From contig OW569381.1 in NCBI GenBank assembly GCA_937625935.1, positions 186,001 through 250,000 on the forward strand: 64,000 nucleotides of DNA. Direction: 5' to 3'. The notes beneath the pieces are model-generated. The model was not told the DNA's origin and made no database searches. It saw only the letters and a list, made by a program, of their open reading frames with translations. Position 1 is the first letter of the stretch. Each line of letters opens with the position of its first letter. The position numbers were made by a program, and so were the translations under genes. Below are positions 22,780-35,469 of this stretch, one piece after another. Source of the stretch: Tetramitus jugosus (taxonomy: Eukaryota > Protista > Heterolobosea).

Positions 22780-23700
22780 TTCATGTCAGCTTGGTGAGAA
22801 TGTTGATAATATTGGATGTTCGAGACATGTCGTGATTCCGTGATGCTCTAATTCTTCTTCAAGAAAGCAAAAACGTACTCTGCAGGGTTTAGTTCAGGTG
22901 AGTACATAGGTAAGAGTAGTAGCTGGATGCCCAGCCTACCCAATGTTTCAACAATCAATGAAAAGGTGTATGCACCAACATATACAGACGCATTATCAAT
23001 CAACAAAACATCCCCCTGCTCAAGTAGCCTCCACGAATACAATCTACTATGAACACGAAACAATCATACTGAGTATTTGATCCTTCTCGAATCTCTGCAA
23101 TGATTGGCATCTCCTTATTAGGAGTAGTCATCAAGGTCATTGAATATGACTCCCTTAGATCAGTCTCTCAACAACAATCGACTTTCCGCGCTATCCCAAA
23201 CCTTTCTTCTTATCCAAGTCTTTGGTGTACTTCGTCCACGTACTTAATATTATTCATTCCATACTTCTTCACCAATTCAGGGGTACCTCTGACGTGATTA
23301 AACCATCTATCCACATTCTGCACAGTATATTTTAACTTTTATTTTGACATTCTTGAACCCCATCCCAGACTTGGATAGAATCTGCAAATTGTGAATGTAC
23401 TCACTTTGGTTCCTGTAAGCGTTTAAAGCACAGTTGCTATTGATTGTAATGATGACTGTGGGTACAGCTTTCCAAGCATGTACAGATGAGCTTTGTCTTG
23501 ACTTGTCAACTTACACTATCTAAATCCACCATGCCTGAATGAAAAGTTGGATCCTTTAGGCTTCCTCATCCAATACTTTACCTGCCTAACACTAACTTTG
23601 AAGTATCAACAACTTCATTCATTGGCATCCCTCTCATCAATGAACGTGCTGCTGCGAATCGTAGTTTGTAGTCAACAGTTATTTTCAGTTGTTAAGATGA
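22780..23700 (-). pseudogene. IS630/Tc1-mariner-type DDE transposase, decayed
   Basis: HTH-like PQSSLQSIATVL*TLTGTKVSTFTICRF, first acidic motif KYVDEVH, then LLIDNASVY and LPMYSPELNPAEYVF. Several stops and frameshifts; boundaries approximate. Confidence 0.85.
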
Positions 23701-23777
23701 CTTCCTCCTATGTGGCCCTCTCGATATGTGTTGTTTATTGAACACTGCACAATTGAACCGCCAAAAAGAAAGTCGTT

Positions 23778-24467
23778 TTGAAAAAACAACAAGACTGCGC
23801 TGGTCAGTTCAACATCAACCAGCAACTGACTAATCAATCATCACATAGCAAAACAACTATTACTCAATCTTCTACTCCATCACCAGCTACTTCTTCATCT
23901 CATTCATCAACACAATCACAAACTCAACCTCAACCACCACTACAATCACCAACTCAATCATCATCGACAGCATATGATAATTCACAAAAACAAGATGATA
24001 ACAGTTTAGTCTCAAACGGTTCAAGATTCTGCAGTAAATGCCACAAACCGCAAGCCGTGTACCAATAAAATGTGATGGTAAGTGTGAATGGCAACGATGT
24101 CCAGTAAAGAAGGAGCAATATGTTCAAATGAAAGAAAGTATGAGAGTAAAGTCCAACAAGCCTGGTATCACTCTTGTGAAACAAGAGAGTCGCAGTGGAA
24201 GAGTTCAAGCAAGTTTACATCTCCCAGATTGCAGATGAGCTCAAGCTTCTCGAACAAGAGTGTCAAGCCAAGGAACAATCAACCTCCAAACTATCAAGTT
24301 CTGTATTACATGCAAGTCCCATCAAGCGATTGAGAGAAGATGAAGATAGTGGAGACTCGTCTGCAAAGAAGGCTAGAACAGAGCTTTATTTCAAAGCATT
24401 TCTTGTTACTTTTACCAAGAAAAAGGGTACCAGTGCATCCACTGCAACTGTAATCACAGACCAGTAA
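23778..24467 (+). pseudogene. Fragmented Cys-rich ORF (possible transposon accessory gene)
   Basis: Overlapping fragments FCSKCHKP / KCDGKCEWQRCP / ICSN...WYHSC / EEFKQVYISQIADEL lie in shifting frames directly upstream of the transposase. Confidence 0.4.
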
Positions 24468-24587
24468 ACAGGTTTCAAATGTCAATTCCACTTTTGGTCC
24501 TATCCAAAAGTGGATAAATTTTTTTGTGTGAGAGCAAAAACTTGACTCTAACCAACAATACCAAAACAATCACATCATCACAATCAA

Positions 24588-26968
24588 ATGGGGAGACACA
24601 AGGAGGCGAGGTTCGTCTGCAAATTCTGTCCCAACATTCCACCATCAGCAGCATCAACAATCAGACAACACGTACGACACTTTCACTACATGGATCGTCG
24701 ATTTTTGAAGAACATGAGTGCTCACGAGAAGAATCGATTCAATTATACGCAACACATGGAGCAAGTGTCGCAGGACGTTCCCAATTTAAACGCAACAGTG
24801 AATCAGAATTTACTACTAGTGGAACCACAAGAAGCTGTTCCAATTGCAACAATCAATGGTGATGCACCATTGACATTCGAAGGCATTAATTTAGATTTGG
24901 TCGAGAGGTGTAGCTACTCTGTAACTGCGAAAGAGAAAGATATTCTCGATCCAGCAATCAAACTGTTGAGACAGATGCTCCAATCAATCAAAAAAAGAAC
25001 TCCAAAGGATATCAATCTACTGGAGTATGACATTGAGACTCATAAGGAGTATATAGGTGAAGAATTGTTGTATTTTTTCAATGAATTATTGTGGAACAAT
25101 TACGCAGTCCAGGAGTTGGATAGATACAATGATATGATTAGAAGGAGAGATGAACTGACTCCAACCAGATCTCTATACAGAAAGTTTCGATACTTCAACA
25201 AGAAGAATAAGGCTGTGCTCAGCATTGCTGGAATTATCGGCAGTGTATATAATCAAACGATTGGTATGAATTTGAAGTTGTTGAGAACAATTGTATGGAA
25301 CACAAAAGCTGTTCCGAATGAGATCGTCAATACTAGCCAAGGATTAGGCTTAACTGCAGATGTATCGAAACTATCGAGAGACTTTACTGGAGAAAGTTTT
25401 GTGACAGATTACCAGACTCAATTATATGATTATATCAAATCAGCTGCAGCAGAAGGAAGAGCATCTAGCGTTGCAGATAACAATCATTTCAGTTGTTCTG
25501 CTGGTGTTTACCATGCAACAGATAAGTGGAAGAAGCAGAAGCATGATGTTAATCATTTACCGAGCTTCGAAGATCCACAATCTAGTTTCATTGGAGAGCA
25601 GGAGATGGACCGATTGCTTGGTGATGAATCTGACGACGATCGAAGAGTAGACGATGATAGCACGTTCCAGTTGAGCTCTAGTTCTATATCGACCAGTTCA
25701 AACAGATCTGGTATCGAGTTACCCTCTCCTATAGCACCAGCAAGCAAGAAGAGATCACTACCAGACAGTCCATTTGTAACGCCTGTCAAGCGATCCAAGT
25801 CTAGAAGACATGATCCTCCAACGACCAATACACCAGATGATCATATTCCCAAGAACACCACACTTTCCAAGACGCAACCAATTCGAGAATCAGTTGAGAG
25901 CTACGAAGATATTGACAGTGACATATTCGAATTGACGGATTCGAGAAGAACCAAGTGTGCTCTCTCATATTTGGTGATCAACAGACTCATCAGAATTTCA
26001 GAAAGTTGCAGTCCAAAGCATTCTCTGATCCAGATCAAGAAGACAATTCGGCACAAGATGGCAAGAGAGCTGGAATCTATGCGGTGAATGGAGATCTACA
26101 TTTGATGTTTGCGATATGCCATGGAATTGGAATACAATACCGTGACTTTGGATTGAAGGAGATGTCATGTGGTGTTGGTATTGACAAGGAGTGGTATGAT
26201 CTGAAGGACAAAGACTTCGTATTGGCCAAGAATGTGTTGATGATTGTCTATCACTCGATGTGGAATCTCATGGTACAGAAGTTCAATGATCATGCAATAG
26301 AACACAATCTGGAAAAGAATCTGGAACAGTTCAGACATTGGGGAAATGATCTAGCCAAGACTAATCATTTGAAACCATGGTTCCAATTCATCACAGAAGA
26401 TGGGCTCTGTTTCAGAAGAATGTTCGAGGCAATTCGTTTCAAGAACTGGAATCTGCGAGTGACAATGATCAAGTTGACTTTGAGATTGTGTATCAGAACG
26501 AACAAGACAAACTATCAGAGATTATTGGCTCAGCATCTCGTGGATCTGAACTACGTTATACCAGAGTATTACTTGGAACTGTTGAATTTGAATTTTGTTG
26601 TTCCGTGCAAGCACAAAGCTGGAAGATACATCGCACTAGATGAGTTGAATGAAGTGATGAACCACTGGTTGAAGGAGCATTGTAAGACAGTGATACACAG
26701 CCGTATTGATCATCTGAGTAAGCATCACAATTTGTTGGAACATCTTTGTGACAAGTATGATTCATTTGTTGCCACCAGGCGATATGATCCATCAGACAAA
26801 CTGCTGCATGCAAAGATTATAGATGGATTCACTGCAATCCTGTCTGATATCGATTCATATTTTAAGGAGAATGTTGGCAATGCCTCTCGTTTCCAGTATG
26901 CGTGGACCAAAGAAGAATACAATACATTCATATCAGAGGAGATTGGATCATCTTTGTATTTGAATTAA
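24588..26968 (+). pseudogene. DUF6589/Academ-like transposase with N-terminal C2H2 finger and a single frameshift
   Basis: CKFC...HVRHFH finger; motifs ADNNHF, FGDQQT, GDLH, KTNYQRLL and IALDELNEVMN. The two ORFs join if 2 nt are removed from the CTCTCTC run at ~25960. Confidence 0.65.
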
Positions 26969-27559
26969 TAGAATTAGTGTTCATTCAATATGCTTGTGTT
27001 CAATCTATTGCTTGTGTGACTTTTGTTAATGAGAGCTGACAGTGTATTGTATGCATGATTAATTTATTAATCACAACCGGCTCTCGTCAAACAAAAAGTT
27101 TACAATAATTAATAAAAGCCAAATTTGGTAATCCTCATAGCTGACTGTGCTTCCATTGCAGATGATCAGATGAAGATGAGGAAAGGGATCCGAAAACATA
27201 TCACTACAGTTGGAGAATTAGGTTTGACATACTTCCGTTCCACATTACATGGGATAAAACTTTTGTTCCTTCAAACTTTCAACCAAAAATTACCAACAAG
27301 CAAAGAAAAAGCAAAAGGCAATGAAGAAGTCATATGATGACTTGTCCACCAAGCGGGAGAGCACAATAATGTCGTAGTGAAGAGGAAGATTGATTCCGGG
27401 TTGAAAAATTCATCGCATGGAGATTCACTGGATCCAGAAATAGTGGAATCAAAGACACTCAGCTATGGCATCACCTATAGACAAGGCAATACCTTCTCTA
27501 TTGCTCTGACGCAACAGCAAGCAGACTAAAAACACTAACCAAAATTGGGTGGGAATGGA

Positions 27560-28200
27560 ATTCCCATCTTGGAATCTCAACCGTTAACAAAATTGTATCC
27601 ATTCCTTCATCTCACATGGATTACGAAGCATTTCGAGGAATTCACCAGGGACGAGATATTGTTCTTTGGTTAGACTTTTAATTAGAGATGATGGCTGAAC
27701 TTGAGCAAGAGAACATCACATTAGAATATGATTGAGCTGGGAGACTTCCACTTCAGTTACATCACACTACCTAACGTGTTTCTCAATAATCAACCCAATT
27801 TTTATGGACCGGCAATGATTCATTCGAGCAGGACAGGCTTCAGTCATTCACAGTTCTTCATGACGCTCAAAAGCCTGAACAGCAAGATACTTGCAATCGA
27901 TACAGACAAGGAGAGAGCAATTTCCATTGCTTCCGAATTTCCACAGGCACTGTACTTGATTCACTCATACTTCAGGACAACAGAGAAGAATCTCGTTTGC
28001 GGAGGAGTTGGAGGACGAATCCATGTCAACAGGTGGAAGAAAGAGGGATGTTATTTACCGATGGTTTCAAACAACAGTTGAAGGATAAAATGAATTCTGT
28101 TGTCATTGAACATGTGTGTCAACCAGCGAACAACATTCTGTCCAGACACAAAGAAATTGTGGAGATTCATCCCAATCCAAGAGTTCTTGGAAGATTCCAG
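27560..28200 (+). pseudogene. MULE/Mutator-type transposase remnant
   Basis: ELGDFHFSYITLPN...FYGPAMIH...FFMTL...IDTDKERAI...FPQA follows the MULE pattern TFxLGxFY...GPxxIH...TDxExAL...FPxA. Heavily disrupted; boundaries approximate. Confidence 0.65.
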
Positions 28201-28528
28201 ACTTAAGACAAGTCATCGAAAAAGATTACGCACTCAAATGTCTTGGATGAAAACAATCAGTCGAAGAAAACGATGGAGTGGAAAACAGACAAATTGAGGG
28301 AAGCGAGAACAGGATCTGCCCCTGTTGTTTTGCTCAAGATTAATAATGTGCCTGAACATGCACCATTTTCTCGTACTGTTCAACACAGTAGAACGCAAAT
28401 GAGGAGACAACAGTGGTGGATTCTTCTTATCCTTCGAAGGGTGCATGGTATTTGACATAAAAAAATGAGCCGATTTTTGTAAATTACATAAAATTTTCAA
28501 GTAAAATCACTTTTTCAGATAAAACGTT

Positions 28529-28599
28529 CTCGAGCACCGGGAATCGAACCCGGGTCGCCAGAGTGACAGTCTGGAATGCTACCCCTATACCATGCCCGA
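28529..28599 (-). tRNA. tRNA-Asp(GTC)
   Basis: Minus strand: acceptor TCGGGCA/TGCTCGA, anticodon arm CCAGA-CTGTCAC-TCTGG, T arm CCGGGTTCGATTCCCGG, followed by TTTT. Confidence 0.96.
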
Positions 28600-28640
28600 T
28601 TTACACTAATTCTCTTAGCTAGATATATACTAATTATAAC

Positions 28641-29197
28641 GAACAAAAAAACGAACACACACCCCTGTTGTTCGTGAGTATGAGAATCCACGCTATGCTG
28701 TGTGGACCACAGCACCAAGAGAAACTGCACCAAGCAGCAAGGAGGTCATCATCATTGGAAAGTGTGATGACTCTCCCAAGGCTGGATTTTGGTGAATGGC
28801 TCACCAGGGTCCAAGTTATCAAGAAGGGCCCCAAGAGGTTTGTTGCGTGGGTAACTGTTGTTGATGACAACATTTTTGTTGAGTTTTTCAACCGCAACAA
28901 GAAGGTGAGTGGCTGCAAGTCAGCACTCAAGCACAACGTTGATTGTGCCAAGAAGGTCCTCCACGGTGTCAAAGGTAAGACGGAGGACGACATCAAGGCC
29001 ATGCTTGGCACAACAAAGGTCAAGAACGTGCTCAAGAAGCACAACACCGCCTTTGTTGTGATGTAGTCCGAAACGTATGCCGAAGCTTTGCTTCGAAACG
29101 TTCAATAAAACCAAAGCACTTCCTTCAACGCCCACGTAATCCTGTCAAGGCTGTCAACAATAGGCAGACCAAGATGTACCAAGAGCTCCTGGCTGTG
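28641..29197 (+). mobile_element. Non-LTR retrotransposon copy E (decayed 5' end/ORF1), tRNA-Asp-associated
   Basis: EYENPRYAVWTTAP, FGEWLTRVQVIKKG, RFVAWVTV, TAFVVM and KAVNNRQTKMYQELL are homologous to copy A ORF1. It begins ~42-45 bp upstream of the tRNA and points away from it. The 3' end is missing and no TSD was found. Confidence 0.85.
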
Positions 29198-29649
29198 AGT
29201 TGAACACAGCCAGGTTGAGGAGCATCTCGGGTATCGAACAAAAAAGTCTTTAGGAATTGTAAACTTTCTCCTGTCACGTTTAACACTTTGGATCTATTGT
29301 GTTTCTTTTCCCACAGTTCTCGATGTTATCACCTTGAATTTTTGATTGGATTATTTTGCGATTAATTTTTATAAGGAAAAATTCCGTAACTAACGAATTT
29401 TACAAAATCCAAAAGTTGATCGGAAATAAAAGTGCAATCTCTTTGAGTAAAACTAAGGGTTAAGCTCCTTGTAAGCAAAATAACTAATGAATGTACAATT
29501 ATTTAAGAAGAGGAATTGTGGGTCGGAATATGGTGCTCTCAAATTATTATCAGTGGATCAAATGAATACGAAATCTCTAACATTGCATTCTCCCTTATCT
29601 TCCTTGTCACCACTATGTCCAATAAATATTGATACTTGCGACGTAATCT

Positions 29650-31850
29650 AGGCATCCTGTGGCAATCTACCATTGTGCAGTGCTTTCTTCAAATTCGCAA
29701 CCAATTCGTTTCTATCTGAATCATCCTGTATATCTAAAATATGCACTTTGTGGTGTGTGATCTGGACAAGGCACATAAAATAACTCTTCTTTTTATTTTC
29801 CAGATCAAGAAAACTAATCTTCGGTTCTGTATCAGTCTTCTTTTTAATCATTTCTTTCCGAATTGTTTCGTCTGATCCTTACTTCTGCAACAGTAAGAGC
29901 TTACGCTGAATCCTACTACACAAGGTTGAAGTTTACTGTTTGTACGGCTACCAACATTGTGTCAATTTTGGCAGGTCACATGTACAGAAACTGGTAAGCT
30001 CACTGCATGAGTCAATTGTAAAAGCATTTGTTGTAATCACATTCATTTCTCCGGCTTGCGCACAACAAAAATTCATCATCATCACACTTGTGCACATCAT
30101 CAACGTTCAAGACAAGTGTTAAACATTTCACTCAACAGCCATGTCAATGTCTGTATCTCACAATGTATCATTCGTCGAAGCACAATTCGAGATGCTTCTA
30201 CGTTGGCGCTAATTTCGACGCTGACCATCATCAACTACACTCGCACCATCTAACTGGCGTATGGCTCGTACAGCATATGGTAAATGTGGTTCAAACTCTC
30301 TCATTAGGTAAGGTTTGCCCTCTCGAACCACTCCAACAACCTGCTCCTCTATATCACTACGCCATTTCACTATGACTTCTTCTAATATTTTGTAAATGAT
30401 GAGCACTATCATTGAGAATGTTACTTGGCTCAGGTACGCATTTCTCTGCCCAATCCCTTTCTTCATCATCTAACTCCATAGTATCTACATAGTCTTCATC
30501 ATCATCAGATTCAGATTCATCATGGAGTTGAGCATCAACAGACTCATCATCAGATTCACCATGCAGTATCTCAGATTCAGGAGCATTGGCAAATATTGAT
30601 GCCCATTCTGCTTCCAATTCTTCATCAGACTCGGGATAAATTGGAACATAATCTGGATCATCATCATCACTCTCAGTCCCAGAGATCACAGATTTATCCA
30701 TATCAGATTTGGCACATATTCTCTTGTTGTAGTCACTCTGCTTTCCCAGCCACTTCAGATCATTACTGCTGCACAGATACACTCGACGAAGAAGTAATAA
30801 GAATCTCTGCAGATGAGTGTCCTTCCTCTTCCAGCCGCCTTATCTCGAATTTGAGTATCAGTAGAATGGAAGGCTTCAGCACCTTGGTTTTGCAGTTGAG
30901 ATAAAACAAGATCATCATTATCTGCTTCCTCTGGAACATGACGTACTATGTAGGAGTACGTTTGGAATAGTATATCTGTAACGAAATACTATTCCAAACG
31001 TTTTGCAGCAGTCTTAGGAATTGCTTGTCACGGAGCTTGAGAGTTTCAGAATCAGCTTCTAGATACACTAAGTGTATATATCTATTCAAGCGTAAGAGAA
31101 GAAGTTCACTGGGATCAGCAATGTCCTCGAATGCATGTTCGATATTCAACATCATACCCTACTGAATGGAAATCGTTTGGATGTCTGATCAAAGTTATCA
31201 TCCTCTTCTTCACCTTTCTCCTCTCTCCATTTGAATTTCTTCAGAGTTGCATATTGCTTAATTCTGGCTGCAAGCTGGTCATACAGAGTTAGATCATTAC
31301 GACTGATGAGGATATTGGTCATCAGATTTTTATGCGTTCTGCATTTGCAATGGAGTATCTAGCAACTGCCCCATTTAATCCATTCTTGAAAACTAGAATT
31401 CTAGCATTATATTGAATATATTGGCCAGTAGTTGGATCTGGAGTTTGAATCCCAGAAACGGAGACTAATTTAGACCTCTTGGAACTGATCTCTTTCAATA
31501 GTTGATCTTGTTTTGGGCATCTTTTTTGGCGGCCTTGATGCTTCAAGTGATTCCAGTCTTGAATGAAGAGACGAAGCAGGGAAGTAAGTAGAATAGGCGT
31601 AGTTTCTTCGTTTTGAATCAAGGCTTTTTGTAGAGACGCTAATTGGTGTGGTGTTAACTTCCTCTCTTTTTTTCCTCCATTCTGTATCCACCTTTTTCTT
31701 CAATGAACATTTGTTGGTCATCACGCTTGGATCGTTTTGAAGAATGAAAAGTCTATACAATTTGCAGTACGCTCATAGTCATTCTTTGGAGATTTGTAAA
31801 GGACTTTGGGAATTGTTTCTGGGGTGGTTATGGGGAGTTTGTTTCATGTC
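29650..31850 (-). pseudogene. Long decayed ORF of unknown identity with acidic repeats
   Basis: Chain of same-strand ORF fragments (31470-31760, 31322-31621, 30946-31155, 30357-30782, 30209-30469, 29648-29851) including a duplicated LH(G/D)ES..DD motif. Confidence 0.4.
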
Positions 31851-32379
31851 TTTGTTGTTAATAAAGTATGTAAAACAAAAAGAATAATGATATTATTATT
31901 ATATTGAATCCGTGTAACGGTAAATTTGTGGCGCGTTTGTTTACAATAACTCCGAAATTTTGTGCCCCTGCCAGTGAATAAATTGTGAACATGAAGATGA
32001 ATAAATTTTTCAGACCCCCTTCTTACGCGTAAGATATAATATCTGGACGCTCCCCATGTGAAGTCCAATGGATTGAAGTTGCTCTTGTTCAACTCATTCA
32101 AATCTCTCTTTGGTCATTGCATTGATGAGAGTGTGTTGTGATGATTTTTATGGATATGATCGAATCGGTGTTTCCTTAATTGATTGTTCGTGAATCGAAA
32201 ACCATGTTAACAATGAATCAAATCGCTTAAACTTGGACGTTACATCATCTAGAGATGGCAATTGAATAGCCTAGCCTACCGTCGTGTACACATAGTGAAA
32301 GACCCTTGAGTAAATGGGGAAGACGAAAAGAGTCTATCTCAGTGACTACACATGTCTTTACAGTCTCCCACTTCAATCG

Positions 32380-32844
32380 AGTTTACGACGAAGTTACACG
32401 AAAAAGTTCGCTCAATGCAACCGTTAGTTACCACCGTCTCTTAAAGTTAGTAAGTCCGAGTACATCAGTACATAACGTCCACAATCATGTGAGTTGGTTT
32501 GCTTGGGTAGGTCCGCGGTTTCAATATCGAGAATCTCACACCTTTAGCTTCAACTGCAGCACTCTGGAGGTCGCTCAAACTGCTGCAGTAGAGGATAAAT
32601 GGCACTTCATTATTTTTATGCAGGTTACATAGATCTCATTTGATCATAGGTCATCAACTTTGTTTCTTGGGTTGTTAACAAAATATCCCCGTTGTTCTCT
32701 AACTTGTTGTTCTTTGCATTTGATCCAGTAATCTATTAATTGATCATTAAGTTCCTTTCTCTCGGTGAGTCGGTCAATATCATTCTGTGAGATTGCAATG
32801 TTCCATGTCTGAATCAAAGAATTATTTTCATCCATCGCTCTCAA
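32380..32844 (-). pseudogene. Ulp1/SENP (peptidase C48) remnant, probably transposon-borne
   Basis: DIDRLTERKELNDQLIDYW and, in another frame, DLPKQTNSHDCGRYVLMY (oxyanion Gln and catalytic Cys motif) at ~32461-32515. Confidence 0.8.
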
Positions 32845-33400
32845 TTTATGTTGAGGAGTTGTTGAAGGACAAAGAATTATTTCCGTTTCTTAGGAGTAGT
32901 TGGTTCTGTCTGATTGTAAATTAGATCAATGTTGTCATTTTTTGATCCTCGTTCACATCATCCCCTGGACTGTCCAATTCAGCTGATTCACAAAAACCTT
33001 CGACAATATGATGGAGTATAATTGATAAATTTTGATCAATAGAAGAAGACACTGTCTCTACAGTATGTTGAGGAAGACATCTGCATAAATTGAAATTCAT
33101 CCTCGAGATTATCCACGTATCTATTTAAATCATCAGTCAGTTAACGATGAAAGTATATCATCTGTTGCCAAATTCAGATTATATCCAGAACCATTCCCAT
33201 ATCCCAGATGTTCCAATTCACCTCTCCTGGTTGTCTGAGATGAATCCTGCGAATTATTAGACCTATCGATAGATTTTCTTTTCATTATTTCAGTCATCAT
33301 GGAAGCCTTCAGTTGTTTAGTCTTGTTCAGTGTGGAACTCCATGTACTGTCACTAATTGAGACTCAAGTGCAGCTGAATAGTGAAAAGGCGAGTGAGTGC

Positions 33401-33580
33401 ATCAAAGAAACAACGAAAAAGACAGACTTACTCTGAAGAAACTTTACACTCTATGAGAGATAAATTGATGACACAAGGAGAGAGCACCGGCCACAAGAAG
33501 GTTCGATCCCATTGTAAAACCAGTCATAAGAAGCTATGGTTTCCGTGTAGTGTTGAAGTCTTTTTCGTTGTTTCTTTGAT
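33401..33580. repeat. 180-bp segment with perfect 23-bp terminal inverted repeats (MITE candidate)
   Basis: ATCAAAGAAACAACGAAAAAGAC at 33401-33423 and its reverse complement at 33558-33580. TGC on both outer flanks. Confidence 0.7.
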
Positions 33581-34335
33581 TGCAGAGAAAAGATGGAAAA
33601 GGTTGAGCATACATGTCGGCAGGTTTATTGGGCTAATTTTCCTTCAGATCGAGACTGAGCACTCCAGGAACTGACGTAGCTCATCAAACAGCTGTTCAGT
33701 TGGTGCAGTTTTACCATAGAGTAATGTCATTGCAGTGTTTTCCGTCATTTTAGGATACATAAAGCAGCCACACTCTTTGCGAATCTGTTGTAAATATGTT
33801 ACCAAATCTGCGATCTCTTTCTGTTTTTGTAAAATTAATAATATCAGGCGGATTTACCCAATGTATTTACCTCGTGCAGAGTTGGATAAAAAAGTTCATT
33901 CTTAACTCTACCTCACAATTCGTTGTACACATTAAAGTTATCTTACCATCTAGTCCTTGTAGATAGAATTGCAATTTTTCAGTGCCCAGATCGTCATCTA
34001 AATCCTCTTTAGATTTTTCAACATATTCAACTGGAGTTAATGCTTTCTCTCCACCTAAAACGAGTTGTAAACCTTCGGAGTACTTGTATCTTGGGAAGTA
34101 TTGTGAAAAATAGGCCTATATTGCCAAGAACTCAGTGAACTCTGTCAAGCTGATGGTGCCGTATCTGGGATGGACTCTTTGCAACGTACTTGAACACTGC
34201 CATCATCCAGAACAACCCTGAACTTTGATTCTGATTTCACATGTATCTGTTGACTAACAATAAGTGTCTTCAGTGTCATAACTCAATAGCACAATTGTGC
34301 ACCAATGATCAGAGTAGATATAGGATGCTTTATTG

Positions 34336-35469
34336 TCATTTGGGAGGTGAGAACGTAATGTGATCCCACTGCGATGGAACATGGAGAGGAGATATCGTTT
34401 CCAGATGATCGGTTGTTCGGTAAAAATAATGCACAGTTCCGTTATTCTCTCCAATGACCACAGTCTGTGATCTAGTCTTGTAAAGAACTCCGTCGAAATT
34501 ATATTGGACGAATATATTGTTCATGTTCTCTTGTGCAAAACTCAACATGTTTTGAGGTGTTACAACCTTGTGCTGTCTCAAATCATGATCCATTCGCTTC
34601 TGCACATCGGGCATCACATTTACATATCTCTGCACCTGACGGTTCACACAATCAGGCAACTGTGGATACTCTTCGAGGGACCGCGCCAACAATAAATTAC
34701 TCAATTCATCACGCAGTTTCTCCACAGAGATAGATTTGTCATCTCCATTCTGTTCCTGTTCTACTATTAATCTCTGAAGTGTTTTGTCCATTTCGTTCCT
34801 CAAGTATCTCACCTTTGCCCATGAATCATCATTCATAAAGCTGTTGGCGACGCTGAACACCCCCCTGGTAAAGCTGTCAATCTCTGCGCCCTCATCTGAA
34901 CCATAGGGCGCGGGCTCACCATTATCTCCCACTTGCTTTCTATTGCTCATCGAATACAGTGGTGCATCCTCTGTTAAGCAAATGTCAAACACGTTGCCAA
35001 CCACAACATTGAACCCGTTGTACTCATCGAGCCACCTCCGATGACTCAAATGATCCGAATGACGACGATACGAATGATCGCAGCTCTTCTCCGCGGTTTT
35101 TTCCTTGTTTTGCACTTCGTTGTCATCAACCTCATTTACCTCTTCTTGCTGTTGTTCTTGTTCTTGTTCCTGTGCTTGTTCTTGTTCTTGTTGCAATGAC
35201 AACAAGTAGTCAATGATTTCACCACGTGATCTCTTGTGAACCGGGACACCTGGTTCATAAACATTGGTCAGTACAGCAATTGTACCATCATAGGCATTGC
35301 ATCCACACCATGTGCCACCACAGACCAGATCTCTTGCACAGACGATACCTGATTGATCGTTGAGTGAAATGTGGGGTTCAGTCGGACGATGCAGGTACTC
35401 ATCTCTATTGTCAATCAGTATGAAGGGATACTGATGATGCATGCGCAACAAAACACCAAGAATGCACAT
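34336..35469 (-). CDS. TANGO2: TANGO2/NRDE family protein
   Basis: MCI start, ILIDNRDEYLHRPT, ARDLVCGGTW, LTN, SRG, YNGFNVVVG and YKTRSQTVV. Confidence 0.92.
   Translation of the reverse strand: MCILGVLLRMHHQYPFILIDNRDEYLHRPTEPHISLNDQSGIVCARDLVCGGTWCGCNAYDGTIAVLTNVYEPGVPVHKRSRGEIIDYLLSLQQEQEQAQEQEQEQQQEEVNEVDDNEVQNKEKTAEKSCDHSYRRHSDHLSHRRWLDEYNGFNVVVGNVFDICLTEDAPLYSMSNRKQVGDNGEPAPYGSDEGAEIDSFTRGVFSVANSFMNDDSWAKVRYLRNEMDKTLQRLIVEQEQNGDDKSISVEKLRDELSNLLLARSLEEYPQLPDCVNRQVQRYVNVMPDVQKRMDHDLRQHKVVTPQNMLSFAQENMNNIFVQYNFDGVLYKTRSQTVVIGENNGTVHYFYRTTDHLETISPLHVPSQWDHITFSPPK

Noticed and set aside
29650-31850. Helicase partner of an AcademH- or Helitron-type element
   Set aside because: No Walker A/B or other helicase motifs could be read with confidence.
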